Part shown: one piece after another, positions 48,612-58,828 of the stretch
How positions within the stretch are numbered: the first letter of the stretch is position 1
Layout: every line of letters begins with the position of its first letter
IMG/VR virus record: IMGVR_UViG_3300029414_000238
DNA from: a virus
DNA: 64,000 nucleotides
Strand: one strand, 5' to 3'
Program-made: the position numbers and the translations under genes
Notes under the pieces: model-generated
Told to the model about the DNA's origin: nothing
The model's input: only the letters and a program-made list of their open reading frames with translations
Databases searched by the model: none

Positions 48612-48930
48612 CATGATTAAAGGAAGAAAAGTATATGAGGCGGCTGTGGAACGAAACAATGAAAAAACTCGGATAATTGATGGAGTTACAGAGTGTTGCG
48701 GATATTATGTTGGACCAGGTGTGTTTCAAGTGGAACTGTTAAATCCTGCCCTATTTGCGGAAGGAAAATTGAAAGGAGCAATGAAGAATGAGATTATATG
48801 CGGTAAATGCGGATGTGCTGGTCCGTATGTAAAAATTAAAGAATTTCCTAACAAGATGGACGCGCAGGGAAAAGCAAAGGAAACATGGAACAGGAGGGTA
48901 AATGATGGGAAGATTGATTTATGCAGATGA
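48612..48930 (+). CDS. small Cys-rich protein (Lar-like zinc-finger restriction-alleviation family?)
   Basis: CCGYYVG...CGKCGCAGPYVK; starts with the MIKGRKVY module shared by 48304 and 49245. Confidence 0.35.
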
Positions 48931-49225
48931 TGTAATATCATTGCTTGCCAATCATCATTTTGATGACAGCAAGGAAAATACGAAGATACTGAACGGCAGG
49001 GGTTGCTTCTGCGGTTGCCAATCAGTGAAGATGCACCAGTGTATTCCATCGAGTATTGTTGCGGGAAAAACAAAAGTAATCGGTCTGGAATGTGTTTTAG
49101 AGGATTTTGCGAGAATTGTAGTGATAAGGCGTACTACATACGTGAAAGCGTTGCTAAACAATGCAGCATTTGCGAAATTATTAAATCAGTATTCTTTACT
49201 CGTGAGGAAACAGAAACTAAGCTGA
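48902..49225 (+). CDS. hypothetical protein, MMGRLIYADDVISLLANHHFDDSKENT family
   Basis: The first 27 aa are near-identical to the 49414 gene. Confidence 0.4.
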   Translation: MMGRLIYADDVISLLANHHFDDSKENTKILNGRGCFCGCQSVKMHQCIPSSIVAGKTKVIGLECVLEDFARIVVIRRTTYVKALLNNAAFAKLLNQYSLLVRKQKLS

Positions 49226-49413
49226 AAGAAATGGAGGAAAATCAATGATTAAAGGAAAGAAAGTAGTAATAAACGACAAATACTATGTGTCAGAGAAAAA
49301 TAAAGGCAAGATTTTTGAAGTTACAAGTGAGCCGTATAGTGTATGCGGAACCGTAGTTGTAAAGCTGAAAGGCTTAAGCGGCTGTTATGCGTTGGATGGA
49401 TTAGATGAGGTGA

Positions 49414-49710
49414 ATGATGGGAAGACTGATTGATGCAGATGATGTAATATCATTGCTTGCCAATCATCATTTTGATGACAGCAAGGAAAATACTGATTTG
49501 TTGATACACGATTTATGCAAGGAAGTAAAGAGTGTTCCAACCGCCTACGATGTGGATGCAGTTGTGGATAAATTAAAGCAGCGAAGCAAAGAATATAATT
49601 CTGGCGTTAGGCTTCATGGGAAACCAGAAGAAATGATTACCACTGAAGCAATCGAGATTGTTAAAAGCGGTGGCGGTGGTGTAGATGCAATTAGATCTGT
49701 CGGCAATTGA
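49414..49710 (+). CDS. hypothetical protein, MMGRLIDADDVISLLANHHFDDSKENT family
   Basis: Paralog of 48902. Confidence 0.4.
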   Translation: MMGRLIDADDVISLLANHHFDDSKENTDLLIHDLCKEVKSVPTAYDVDAVVDKLKQRSKEYNSGVRLHGKPEEMITTEAIEIVKSGGGGVDAIRSVGN

Positions 49711-50052
49711 GAATAGAAAACAGTTGGTGACTATGAGAGAAATCATACCGATCAATATCATGAATGTCCTTATTCCGACAAAGACGATGTAGACGATTGT
49801 ATGGATTATTTTATGGGTGAATGCCAGAACACATGCAGTTTCTGCCCTATGGAAGACAAATATGGAGTGATCTGGTAAATTACTTGTTGAGGGGAAAATA
49901 AGAATTTATTTTAAAAGGGAAAGAAGAAAAAATTATGGATCAAAATACTAAAGTGGTAGTTTCAGCAGCTATTATTGTTTACTTTATTTTCCGTATATTC
50001 CAATTCTTTCATATGAGATAGTGATACAGGTTGTAAAGGAGTGGTGATAAAG

Positions 50053-50712
50053 ATGGCAATAAAAGCGATTTTATTCAATACAGAGATGGTCAGGGCAATT
50101 CTGGAAGGTAGAAAGAGTTGCGCCAGAAGAATTGTGAAACCGCAACAGCTCATAGGGATGTTGCCGGATAAATGTAAAAATGGAGCACCTGAAAAATTCT
50201 TGAAAGAAAAGAAACTCATGTTCAAACCATATTGCGATATGACAGATATAGAACTGATAAATACTGCATACAAAGCTCCATATCAGCCGGGCGATATTCT
50301 TTATGTCCGGGAAACATGGAAAAAGGCGCCGAACGGATACTATTACTACGAAGATTGGCAAAGGAATGACATTGCCGATGTTACAAAGTGGAAACCATCC
50401 ATCCGCATGCCGAAAGAAGCAGCGCGTATCTGGCTGAAGGTTACGAATGTGAGAGTGGAGCATTTACAGGAGATAACCGATGAGCAAGCAAAACGTGAAG
50501 GCATACAGTATGATGAATGTCCAACAGGATTTACCTGGAAGCAAGAAACAGATATGCATAATTGCTACACAACTCCAATAGGAGCTATGCAAGCATTATG
50601 GAATTCCACCATCAAAAAATCCGACCTTGACGGCTACGGTTGGGATGCAAATCCGTGGGTGTGGACTATCGAATTTGAGCGGTGTGAGAAACCGGAAGAA
50701 ATTAGTGGTTAG
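50053..50712 (+). CDS. ASCH/DUF3850-like phage protein
   Basis: MAIKAILFNTEMVRAILEGRKSCARRIVKP matches the K.ILF.TEMV.AIL.GRKT.TRR pattern common in phage ASCH-like proteins. Confidence 0.45.
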   Translation: MAIKAILFNTEMVRAILEGRKSCARRIVKPQQLIGMLPDKCKNGAPEKFLKEKKLMFKPYCDMTDIELINTAYKAPYQPGDILYVRETWKKAPNGYYYYEDWQRNDIADVTKWKPSIRMPKEAARIWLKVTNVRVEHLQEITDEQAKREGIQYDECPTGFTWKQETDMHNCYTTPIGAMQALWNSTIKKSDLDGYGWDANPWVWTIEFERCEKPEEISG

Positions 50713-50723
50713 CGAGGCGAAAA

Positions 50724-51416
50724 ATGGTAAATAAAGAAGAAACCAAAAAAATAAAAGCACAAAACCTTCGATACAAGAAACCTATAGCAAAGAATTTGAA
50801 TCTTGATGCAATAACGCAAGACTTGTGGAACATGCAGGAAGTGTGCGAAGAAATTCGTTGGTATACGGATTCCGAAGACGGAGGAGACAGCCTTATAAAT
50901 GCGCTATCTGGTGATGAAGATGAAGCTTATGAATTCAAAATGGCTTTCGCAGACCTATGTGCAGAATGTGAAAGAATGCTTGAAGACCTACAGGAAGAAT
51001 GGGTGCCGGAATGCTTTGATATATTCTTTGTGGCTGTAGGTGCTGGAGATTTGCTTGGGTGGGATTCCTACGAGGGAGATTATTTTGGAATATCCTCTTA
51101 CGAATCAAACCTGGCAGAAAAAGACTCTAAGGGAAAATTAAAACGCATGACAAAAGATGAATTAATAGATGCGTCTAGGCAATGTTTCATAGTGTATCAA
51201 GCATACATAGGACTTCGTAATCGTTATGATAGTCTGAAAGCGGCTATAGACATTCTTAGAGATCAGAATACCGGTGTACTTCAAACGGTAAAGGAAATCG
51301 AAAAGCTTTATGATGCCGCGCAGAAAAAACAGGGCAATTATGCCGAATACAGTAAAGAGTGGGAAGAATTTGACAGATATGCAGATGCGATGCCACAAGA
51401 AGCGTGGATAGCATAG
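50724..51416 (+). CDS. hypothetical protein
   Basis: 230-aa acidic ORF. Confidence 0.4.
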   Translation: MVNKEETKKIKAQNLRYKKPIAKNLNLDAITQDLWNMQEVCEEIRWYTDSEDGGDSLINALSGDEDEAYEFKMAFADLCAECERMLEDLQEEWVPECFDIFFVAVGAGDLLGWDSYEGDYFGISSYESNLAEKDSKGKLKRMTKDELIDASRQCFIVYQAYIGLRNRYDSLKAAIDILRDQNTGVLQTVKEIEKLYDAAQKKQGNYAEYSKEWEEFDRYADAMPQEAWIA

Positions 51417-52296
51417 GTCTGAAATTTTGGAGGTGGAAAATGCCTAAAGCAGTATTGATTATGGATATGCCGGAATCGTGCGATATGTGTGATTTTGCAG
51501 ACGATACACAGCCACCAAGGTATGGAGAGCGAACGTTGTATTGCAATGCTCCAGGTATTGGAGATGATGTGACAGATTATATTGCGTGCAGACCAGATTG
51601 GTGTCCGCTCCGGGAACTGCCATAGAAACAGTAAGTGAATATGCAAATCTTGTCTGGAAAATTGCAGGTTGGAATGTGTGCCTGGATGAAATCTTAAAGT
51701 GAATGGGAGTAGAATTGTATGAATAAACGAATTGCGAAAAAGAAATATAAGAAAGCTGTTGAGATCATAAAAAATCCTAAAGCACATGGATTAGCTTCAG
51801 TAATGATTATCAACCAAGCTTGTGTTGATACAAATGGGCAGCCGTGTGATCCGAGGGAAAAACCGGATTCAAGGATAATTCGCCTTAAACGTCCAAAGAT
51901 CATCTATATTCGCGATTGCAAAACCGATAAGGAAAAGTGGAAGTGGTGATTGAAGGAAGTGTGTTTCCGCCTATGACAAACGAAAGGATTTTGATTATGA
52001 AACGTATTTTATTTTGTATATCACTAAGGTTTATTATGGCGTCTTTTTTTGTCCATGTAACTTTATCAGAGCCGGTAGTTAAATTCTTTATGAAATTTTC
52101 AAATAATATAGAGGAAGTGGCTTGGTTCCTTATAGTATGGTTTTTAATAGTGGAATGGTTTTTTACTCTGGTTGTAACAACAGATTTGGCAAGTTTGTTT
52201 TTCAAAAACGATTCTGAAAACAATGAACCGAAGTATCAGGCAAGTGGAAAGAAGTTACCCCAGAACAAGATGTCTGGGAAAAGCAAATAGACATCG

Positions 52297-52821
52297 TTGC
52301 CTATTATGGCACTTAATTTTGTAATCCATGACAAAATTGATAACGAAGAAATTGCTGGATTATGGATATCCTCACAGAAGAAAGCGTCGTCGATACTATC
52401 TTGGAAGCAAGTTGTTTTGCAAATTAAAGAAGGTATACTTAATCTAACCGGCATTCCTCAAATCCATATCAGAAATAAATTAGAGCAAAAACTAATTGAT
52501 TTCATATTAACAGAATTCAACGCTATAAAATTACTAAAATTTCAGTGTAGCTGCAACACCTACATCGCAGTTATCCTAACAGACTTTAGGTGTTGCAATA
52601 ATTTTAAAAAAAATGGAGATACAGAAATGAAATATGATAATATTAAATACCATCTAATCAATACTATCAATGAAGTAACTAAAGAAATTAATTCTTTAGA
52701 TGAATTTTCTCAAAATCAAATATTCAATGAAGATATCATTCCAGATGAGCCAACTTTATTATTTTTAAATAATAGCTACTATTGTTTAAACGAATTACTC
52801 TTAAGCCTTAATAACCTATGA
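52297..52821 (+). CDS. hypothetical protein
   Basis: 174-aa ORF. Confidence 0.35.
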   Translation: MPIMALNFVIHDKIDNEEIAGLWISSQKKASSILSWKQVVLQIKEGILNLTGIPQIHIRNKLEQKLIDFILTEFNAIKLLKFQCSCNTYIAVILTDFRCCNNFKKNGDTEMKYDNIKYHLINTINEVTKEINSLDEFSQNQIFNEDIIPDEPTLLFLNNSYYCLNELLLSLNNL

Positions 52822-53404
52822 TTTTTTTGTGATACCTGGCGTATGGATCTTTCTATTCACCAAAATAATAAAATTTAGGATGCCAATCGGGAATCCTCTG
52901 CTATTCAAATATGCTATTTTTTTCAGTTCTTTTCATTGCATTCCATTCCTGCTTATTGGTTTATGCCATCAGTCACGAAACGAGAAGAAAAAAGTATCCG
53001 TGCCACCGGTATATGTCAGGGAGCCGACTTTGGACGAAGTAAGGGAAAAGATAAATGATGTGATTGGTTTTACGAGAGTTCAGTTTACTTATTTAATTTA
53101 AAACGATATCTAAAAGGAAGATTCTAAAATGTCATACAGGACTTACATCAACAATACGCAGGTGTTTGGTAATAACGAATGTTACCCAGAATGGATCAAG
53201 TACGTTGAAAGCAAGGGTATTACAGTCGGTGAAGACGGAGATTATGAGGGAGAACTTGACGATTTCATGGAAGCTCTGGATGTCGTCGAGTCGATCTTCA
53301 AATAGAGAAGATTTTGAAACAGAGAATATAATTTGGAGAAGTCTGAATGCGGTAACCTGTGAAAAATGCAAAGAACTAGGGAGTAAGAAAGGATAAAATG
53401 AATA

Positions 53405-54007
53405 ATGAAAATATTTGAAAGAATTAAAAGAAAATATACAAATGGAGATCCATCTTCTGAAGAAAAAACGGGAATACAGAAGAAAAGAATACCATATGGT
53501 TACACATTTTACCCGGTGTTGTGGAATGGGGGGAAATATGCAGTTAATCTCTTATTGGGAGCATATGGGTATATGTATGTTTATGCATATATTTACGAAT
53601 ACAGAGAAAAAAAGAGCTTTTTGAAAGGACACAACGGAAAATTTCTGTTCAATGCAGGAGAAATAAGCATGCAAGATGTTGCGCCATCAGATATTCCCCC
53701 GGATCTTAATTCTGAAAAGGCACTTTCTTTGCTTTACCCGAATATCATCATGGAAGCCTTTGCTATATATGGGGCAGATCTGCATAACCGGTCCTGGCTG
53801 AATGAAGAAGAAAAGAAAGCTGCTGAATGGGATGGGGTTATAGATGCCGTTCAAGATTCTTCCAGCAGACGAGAAAGGTTAGAAAAACGACTCATATATT
53901 TAAAGGATTATTTACAAAAGTACGATGGTGTGAGTGAACAGATTTATAATAGTTTTAGCAAAGAAATTACAGAAATAGAAGAAGAACTGGGGAAGCTTGG
54001 AGGTTGA
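53405..54007 (+). CDS. hypothetical protein
   Basis: 200-aa ORF. Confidence 0.4.
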   Translation: MKIFERIKRKYTNGDPSSEEKTGIQKKRIPYGYTFYPVLWNGGKYAVNLLLGAYGYMYVYAYIYEYREKKSFLKGHNGKFLFNAGEISMQDVAPSDIPPDLNSEKALSLLYPNIIMEAFAIYGADLHNRSWLNEEEKKAAEWDGVIDAVQDSSSRRERLEKRLIYLKDYLQKYDGVSEQIYNSFSKEITEIEEELGKLGG

Positions 54008-54105
54008 TACATATCCGCAACTTTTTAGGGTGTTTCGTTATTTCTTAGCTGATAAGATATTTTGGAGACATAAGATTTACGTTTGATAAAAAGGAGAGAA
54101 GTGAT

Positions 54106-54849
54106 ATGTTTAACAATTACGTGGAAATGCTTAAGAAGGCAACGGAAGCAATGACAAGTTTGCACCACACAGAGGCAGGCCCTGCGGAGTACTTCAGCGC
54201 AGTAGGATATGAATTTGCGGTAATAGGACTTGGGATTCTTTGGTTAGCCATTATTGTTGCTGTTATTGCAATTCCCATAGTGATTACTAAATGGGTATTA
54301 AATGGAAAATTTGCAACCAGAAAATGGAAAAAATTTTGCAGCATATGGAAAGATGCAAAAGCTATTATTAAACAGAGAAATGATTTGGAAGTTGATTTTC
54401 GCTTTTCGATATTACACGATGTGAATGATGTTGTTAATACAATCTTTTCGTTTTATCAGCAGCACTGTGGAAAGGATCGGGTAAAACCGTTTATAGACGC
54501 TGCTGCTAAACTTTCAGCAAAAAAACTTTGGAAATACATACAGTTTGAAGATCTAACAAATCTGTACTCTAAGAGTTGGGAAAAGAGTGGTGTTTTTATA
54601 GATAAAAAAGATAAAATAAATATTTTTATGACGGGTTTAGGAGTAGAAAAACCAGATGATCATGATTATGATTTAATCGTAAATTCCGATTATATTGATT
54701 TGAAAGAAGATGCAAAAAAAATATTTACAGATGTAGGTGAATATAAAAAAGAGAAAAAGATAAACCATATTATGACCAATGTGTATTTGATCTTGTTATA
54801 TGCAGTATATGCAATATTTCTGATTCCTTTAATTTTGATTTTCATTTAA
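54106..54849 (+). CDS. hypothetical membrane protein
   Basis: 247 aa with TM helices at the N- and C-termini. Confidence 0.4.
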   Translation: MFNNYVEMLKKATEAMTSLHHTEAGPAEYFSAVGYEFAVIGLGILWLAIIVAVIAIPIVITKWVLNGKFATRKWKKFCSIWKDAKAIIKQRNDLEVDFRFSILHDVNDVVNTIFSFYQQHCGKDRVKPFIDAAAKLSAKKLWKYIQFEDLTNLYSKSWEKSGVFIDKKDKINIFMTGLGVEKPDDHDYDLIVNSDYIDLKEDAKKIFTDVGEYKKEKKINHIMTNVYLILLYAVYAIFLIPLILIFI

Positions 54850-54852
54850 GAT

Positions 54853-55635
54853 TTGCAAATTGGAGAGTACAATACTGTTTTTAAGGAGAGATTTATGTTA
54901 GTAAAACTTGTACCAGGATTAGAAAAATATGCTATGGATTCATCAAACGTAACGCTTTTACTTCTTGTAGTATTTGCGTCAATTGTTATCAAGGATATTT
55001 TTGAGCAGAAAAAACTGTTGAAGGAGTATGAGGCTTTTTGGATATACCCTATTATAAGTGTTATATTGTTGATTGGCATTGCTCTAAGTCCGGATATAAC
55101 ATCAGATTTATTTATGATACTTGAACTTCTCTGTAGTGTAAAGATGGGGGCGCTCCAATACGAGCTGAATAAGAAATCAAGGAACAGAATGGGGTCATGT
55201 GCGATTTATATACTCATATTGCCGGATAATACGGTAATTGTTGAAAAACCCATGTATGAAAATGAAATGCAGTTGTCAGGATGTATATTTTATAATCCAG
55301 AATCCAAGAAATATGAAACTTATGGGACTGTATCGGATAAAACACTTGCAAAAGTCAGAAATAATGAACCCGATCTATATAAAAAGATAGTCAATAATGA
55401 GCCGGTCAATGCGCAGGATTATCCTTTATCATGTGTATGGGAAAGTAATATCCCAAAGGAACATGATGAGCTGCTGCAATACATAATCGAAGAGTGTGTT
55501 TATCTGTATTCAGATCAGCTTATAGAGTTTGGAGAGTACATGGATAAAGAGACAAATATTATTTTCCAACTTTACGGGAAAAGAAATGATGCAGTCAGCA
55601 TAACACTTAATGAGTATTTTCAGCATTACCGATAA
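54853..55635 (+). CDS. hypothetical membrane protein
   Basis: 260-aa ORF. Confidence 0.4.
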   Translation: MQIGEYNTVFKERFMLVKLVPGLEKYAMDSSNVTLLLLVVFASIVIKDIFEQKKLLKEYEAFWIYPIISVILLIGIALSPDITSDLFMILELLCSVKMGALQYELNKKSRNRMGSCAIYILILPDNTVIVEKPMYENEMQLSGCIFYNPESKKYETYGTVSDKTLAKVRNNEPDLYKKIVNNEPVNAQDYPLSCVWESNIPKEHDELLQYIIEECVYLYSDQLIEFGEYMDKETNIIFQLYGKRNDAVSITLNEYFQHYR

Positions 55636-55699
55636 ATGAAATTATAGACAAGATTAAGGCAGAGTTGAATAAACAGTCCTCAGAGAAAGACACATAGGT

Positions 55700-56296
55700 T
55701 ATAAAATAAATTGGAATATATCTGCCGTTGGGCGGGGCTTGTGAAACCGAGAGTGATCATGTTGGAAAACGTAGAAGAATTTAAAACATGGGGACCATTG
55801 AACCGGCGGCATCATCCAATTAAGGCAAAACAGGATAAGACATTTGAGCGGTTTGTGCAACAACTTCGGGAGCTTGGCTATGAAGTGGAGCTCCGTGAGC
55901 TGATTGCTGCCGATTATGGTGCGCCGACTATGCGCAAACGATTCTTTATGATCGCGCGGTGTGACGGCAAGCCGATTGTATGACCAGAGCCAACACACGG
56001 ACCGGCAGACAAGTGAAGAGGTAAAAGCCGGACTGTTAAAACCATACGTTGGAACATACACACAGATTGATTTCAGCCGGCCGTGTCCTTCGATTTTTGA
56101 TACATCAGAGGAGATCAAAGAAAAGTACGGCATCCGGGCAGTACGTCCGTTGGCTCCGAAAACAATGGATCGGATCGCAAGAGGTTTGAAAAAGTTTGTA
56201 CTCGACAATCCGGAACCATTTATCATTCGGTGTAACCACGGCGGCGAGCGCAGACCGAACGATATCCGGGAACCAATACAACAAATCAAATGTTAA
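55700..56296 (+). pseudogene. C5-cytosine MTase paralog, N-terminal fragment, truncated and frameshifted
   Basis: VKPRVIMLENVEEFKTWGP...APTMRKRFFMIARCDGKPIV, then an in-frame TGA (55975-55977); the homology (PEPTHGPAD..., KPYVGTYTQIDFS..., IRCNHGGERR) continues in another frame. Motifs I to IV are missing. Confidence 0.7.
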
Positions 56297-56322
56297 ATGC
56301 CTCACAAAAAAGGAGAAAAAAT

Positions 56323-56742
56323 ATGTTAGAAATGATCGAAAAAGTTATTAGAGATGGAGGAAATCTGCATATTGAACCTGCATTATACGGAGGAGATATC
56401 TTTGTCTGCATTGATTTCCCGTGTTATTTTGGTTTAAACAATGCAACTGAGTTGTCAGACGCTACTATTGTTTACGAAGGAACAGAACTAAAAGACACCA
56501 TTGTCGACATCTGCTCACCTGGAGATATACGTGCGATAGCAGTTGAAGATTTTTTAACGGATTATGCAGTCAAAGATCCGGCTTTGTTGGTTGCAAGAGC
56601 AGAAAATTTACAGACGGCATTAAACCATCTCGAAGAGCGTCTGGCAGAATGGTACCATCTGACAGACGCTCAACAGAAAACAATACTGCTCTCTTTTGCA
56701 GCGGAACGGAAAAAATACCTCGAAAATGTAGTACAATATTGA
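56323..56742 (+). CDS. hypothetical protein encoded by the insertion that splits the MTase pseudogene
   Basis: RBS AAAAGGAGAAAAAAT before ATG 56323; 139 aa. Confidence 0.45.
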   Translation: MLEMIEKVIRDGGNLHIEPALYGGDIFVCIDFPCYFGLNNATELSDATIVYEGTELKDTIVDICSPGDIRAIAVEDFLTDYAVKDPALLVARAENLQTALNHLEERLAEWYHLTDAQQKTILLSFAAERKKYLENVVQY

Positions 56743-56995
56743 AAACTATCATGACTTAAAGGGAAATACCCTATACCCACCCACCATCACAAGAAAGGAT
56801 TTTTTATGAGACAAAATAGATTGACAAAACAGAAGATTCTTTTGTTTACCTTGATGTTTGCAATGGCCGTAGAATATATTCCGCAGCCCTCTTCTGCAAC
56901 AAACTCCACGACCATCGTGACATCTGAGGCTAAAGAAAAATTTTCATTATCGGATGTCCCGAAGTACAAAGACCAGGCGGTTGCCAGGGCTTTCC

Positions 56996-57193
56996 AGATG
57001 ATTACATCATAGACCACGATTACACAGGAAAAAATACCCAAGAAGCGAGCAGGTACGCAGGTGTGGAAATGCTGTATGTCCTCCGATTCCGGCTGCTCTT
57101 GTAAAAGCAAATCTTCCGGAATTATGCGTAGCGAAACGCACTGGGAATATGAAAATTCGTGAGGAACAGACCGGGCAGCTTAGGTTTGCTTAA
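56996..57193 (+). pseudogene. C-terminal fragment of the same MTase paralog (motif X GNAV region)
   Basis: About 93% nucleotide identity to 4100-4309 (ccagatgattacatcatagacc...gtaaaagcaaatcttccggaattatg). Confidence 0.7.
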
Positions 57194-57304
57194 ATTTTGG
57201 AAAATGATGGTAGGAAATTTAAAGAGCATGATTAAAAATGAATAGAAGAAAAGCCAAAAAGTGAAAGAATAACACCTATCTTTTATGTAGTAAGTATATT
57301 TACA

Positions 57305-57396
57305 GTTGCATCCCTTATGGGATGTATGGGTTGAAATGCAATCAGGCTGCGGATGCTACCGGCTTGTTGCGCTTTATGAGGCGCATGGATGGAAAT
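57305..57396 (+). CRISPR. mini-array: repeat - 28-nt spacer - degenerate repeat
   Basis: gttgcatcccttatgggatgtatgggttgaaat ... gttgcgctttatgaggcgcatggatggaaat. Confidence 0.6.
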
Positions 57397-57472
57397 TGCA
57401 GAAAAAAAGTGGGAAAAGACAGACAGTAAAAAAAGAGCTGCAGATTTTTGCAGCTCTTTTGCGTGTCCGCGG

Positions 57473-58315
57473 TTAAGCGTACATTTTCTCCATGATTTTT
57501 CTGATATTTTCCTTCTTCTTCCCGGATACTCCAGGGAGTCCGGTCATCAGGAAATCAAACATCTCATCCTGACAGCCGCCTGTGGAATAGAGCATGTATC
57601 CAACCAGTTCCTCTTCTTTTGCGGTTTCGAGGAATTTCTGGAGGGCAAGTGCACCTGCATTTTCTCCAGTTTCCGCTTCTGCTTCAAGTACATACTCGTT
57701 GCAGGAGCCATACCAGTTGATGTAAAGCCGGACGAAAGTATCTGGTGTTTGATACAAGAGGACTTCCATCTGGCTGATCGCCTCCTGGCAGGTAATATTA
57801 CGTCCAGAGTCAGTGTCAGCGAAAAAGTACCAGTTTCCGCGATATTTGAATTCGTTAGTGGAGAGGTCGTAACCTTGGATAAGCTTTTGGCCTTTCCTTG
57901 GTCCATCAAGATACCCGGACCCATCTGGGAACTTGTGCCAGATGCAGTTCGGGAAAATCTCAGATACAGAGTCTGTTGCCCTCATATCTTCCGGAATTTC
58001 CTCTGGATCCATATGGCGGAATACCAGCACCTTAAGATCTCCCAGCTCGAATTCGTCATACGAACTGCACCTGGAATCGGAGCGGGTGTTGAAGATGAGA
58101 AAACTCAGCTTGTCAAGCAGCTCCTTGTTTGATAGGTTGTATCCGAGAGCTTTCGCTCCCTGAAAGTTCATGTAACCGGAAACTTTTTCCTTTCGGTCAT
58201 GTGACAGCAGCTCAAGCGGGATCGCACCGGATGCCTCACTGTTGTCAATTCTGATTAAAAGATCCTCGTTTACTTCCTTTTCCTGGAGGATAATATCATA
58301 TCTTGCGTATTTCAT
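57473..58315 (-). CDS. hypothetical protein (280 aa)
   Basis: Minus-strand ORF with the conserved ATTTCATATTGAAGATGTAAA promoter element upstream (58346-58372) and a bidirectional terminator at 57425-57460. Confidence 0.5.
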   Translation of the reverse strand: MKYARYDIILQEKEVNEDLLIRIDNSEASGAIPLELLSHDRKEKVSGYMNFQGAKALGYNLSNKELLDKLSFLIFNTRSDSRCSSYDEFELGDLKVLVFRHMDPEEIPEDMRATDSVSEIFPNCIWHKFPDGSGYLDGPRKGQKLIQGYDLSTNEFKYRGNWYFFADTDSGRNITCQEAISQMEVLLYQTPDTFVRLYINWYGSCNEYVLEAEAETGENAGALALQKFLETAKEEELVGYMLYSTGGCQDEMFDFLMTGLPGVSGKKKENIRKIMEKMYA

Positions 58316-58435
58316 GGTTTTTCTCCTTTCGATGTTTAAAAAATCGGTTTACATCTTCAATATGAAATAAAAAAAAGACACGGACAAAGCCGCGCCATGA
58401 GTTGATTTTGTATGTGTGATGGATTTTTATCCGGA

Positions 58436-58633
58436 TTACCTGGTGGTGCCAGATTGGGAAACTTTTTGCACTTCTTCGAATGTCACGCTTGGGAAAGATG
58501 CAAAACAGGTTGTTGGCAGAGCGTTATTAATCTCCACGACTTTAAGAAGTTTCCCGTCTTGTTCGACCACGGAACCAATTTTGAATTCCTCTTTTAATTC
58601 TTCAACAGATGCCATATATTCTTTCGTAATCAT
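58436..58633 (-). CDS. hypothetical small protein
   Basis: 65 aa with the conserved minus-strand promoter element at 58665-58690. Confidence 0.4.
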   Translation of the reverse strand: MITKEYMASVEELKEEFKIGSVVEQDGKLLKVVEINNALPTTCFASFPSVTFEEVQKVSQSGTTR

Positions 58634-58828
58634 GCATTTTCTCCTTCAGTTCAGATATGTTTTTATTTACATCTTTAATATGGAACAAAAAAAGACACGG
58701 CCTGAGCTGCGCCCTTTTTGTCACCGAAAACTAAGCTGGAAGCTGCCGCGTCTTCGCGTGCAGATCAGTTAGCGATGGATGCCTGATCGGGCGACCCGGT
58801 ATTGGGAATGTAGCCACGCGGTTGCGCA

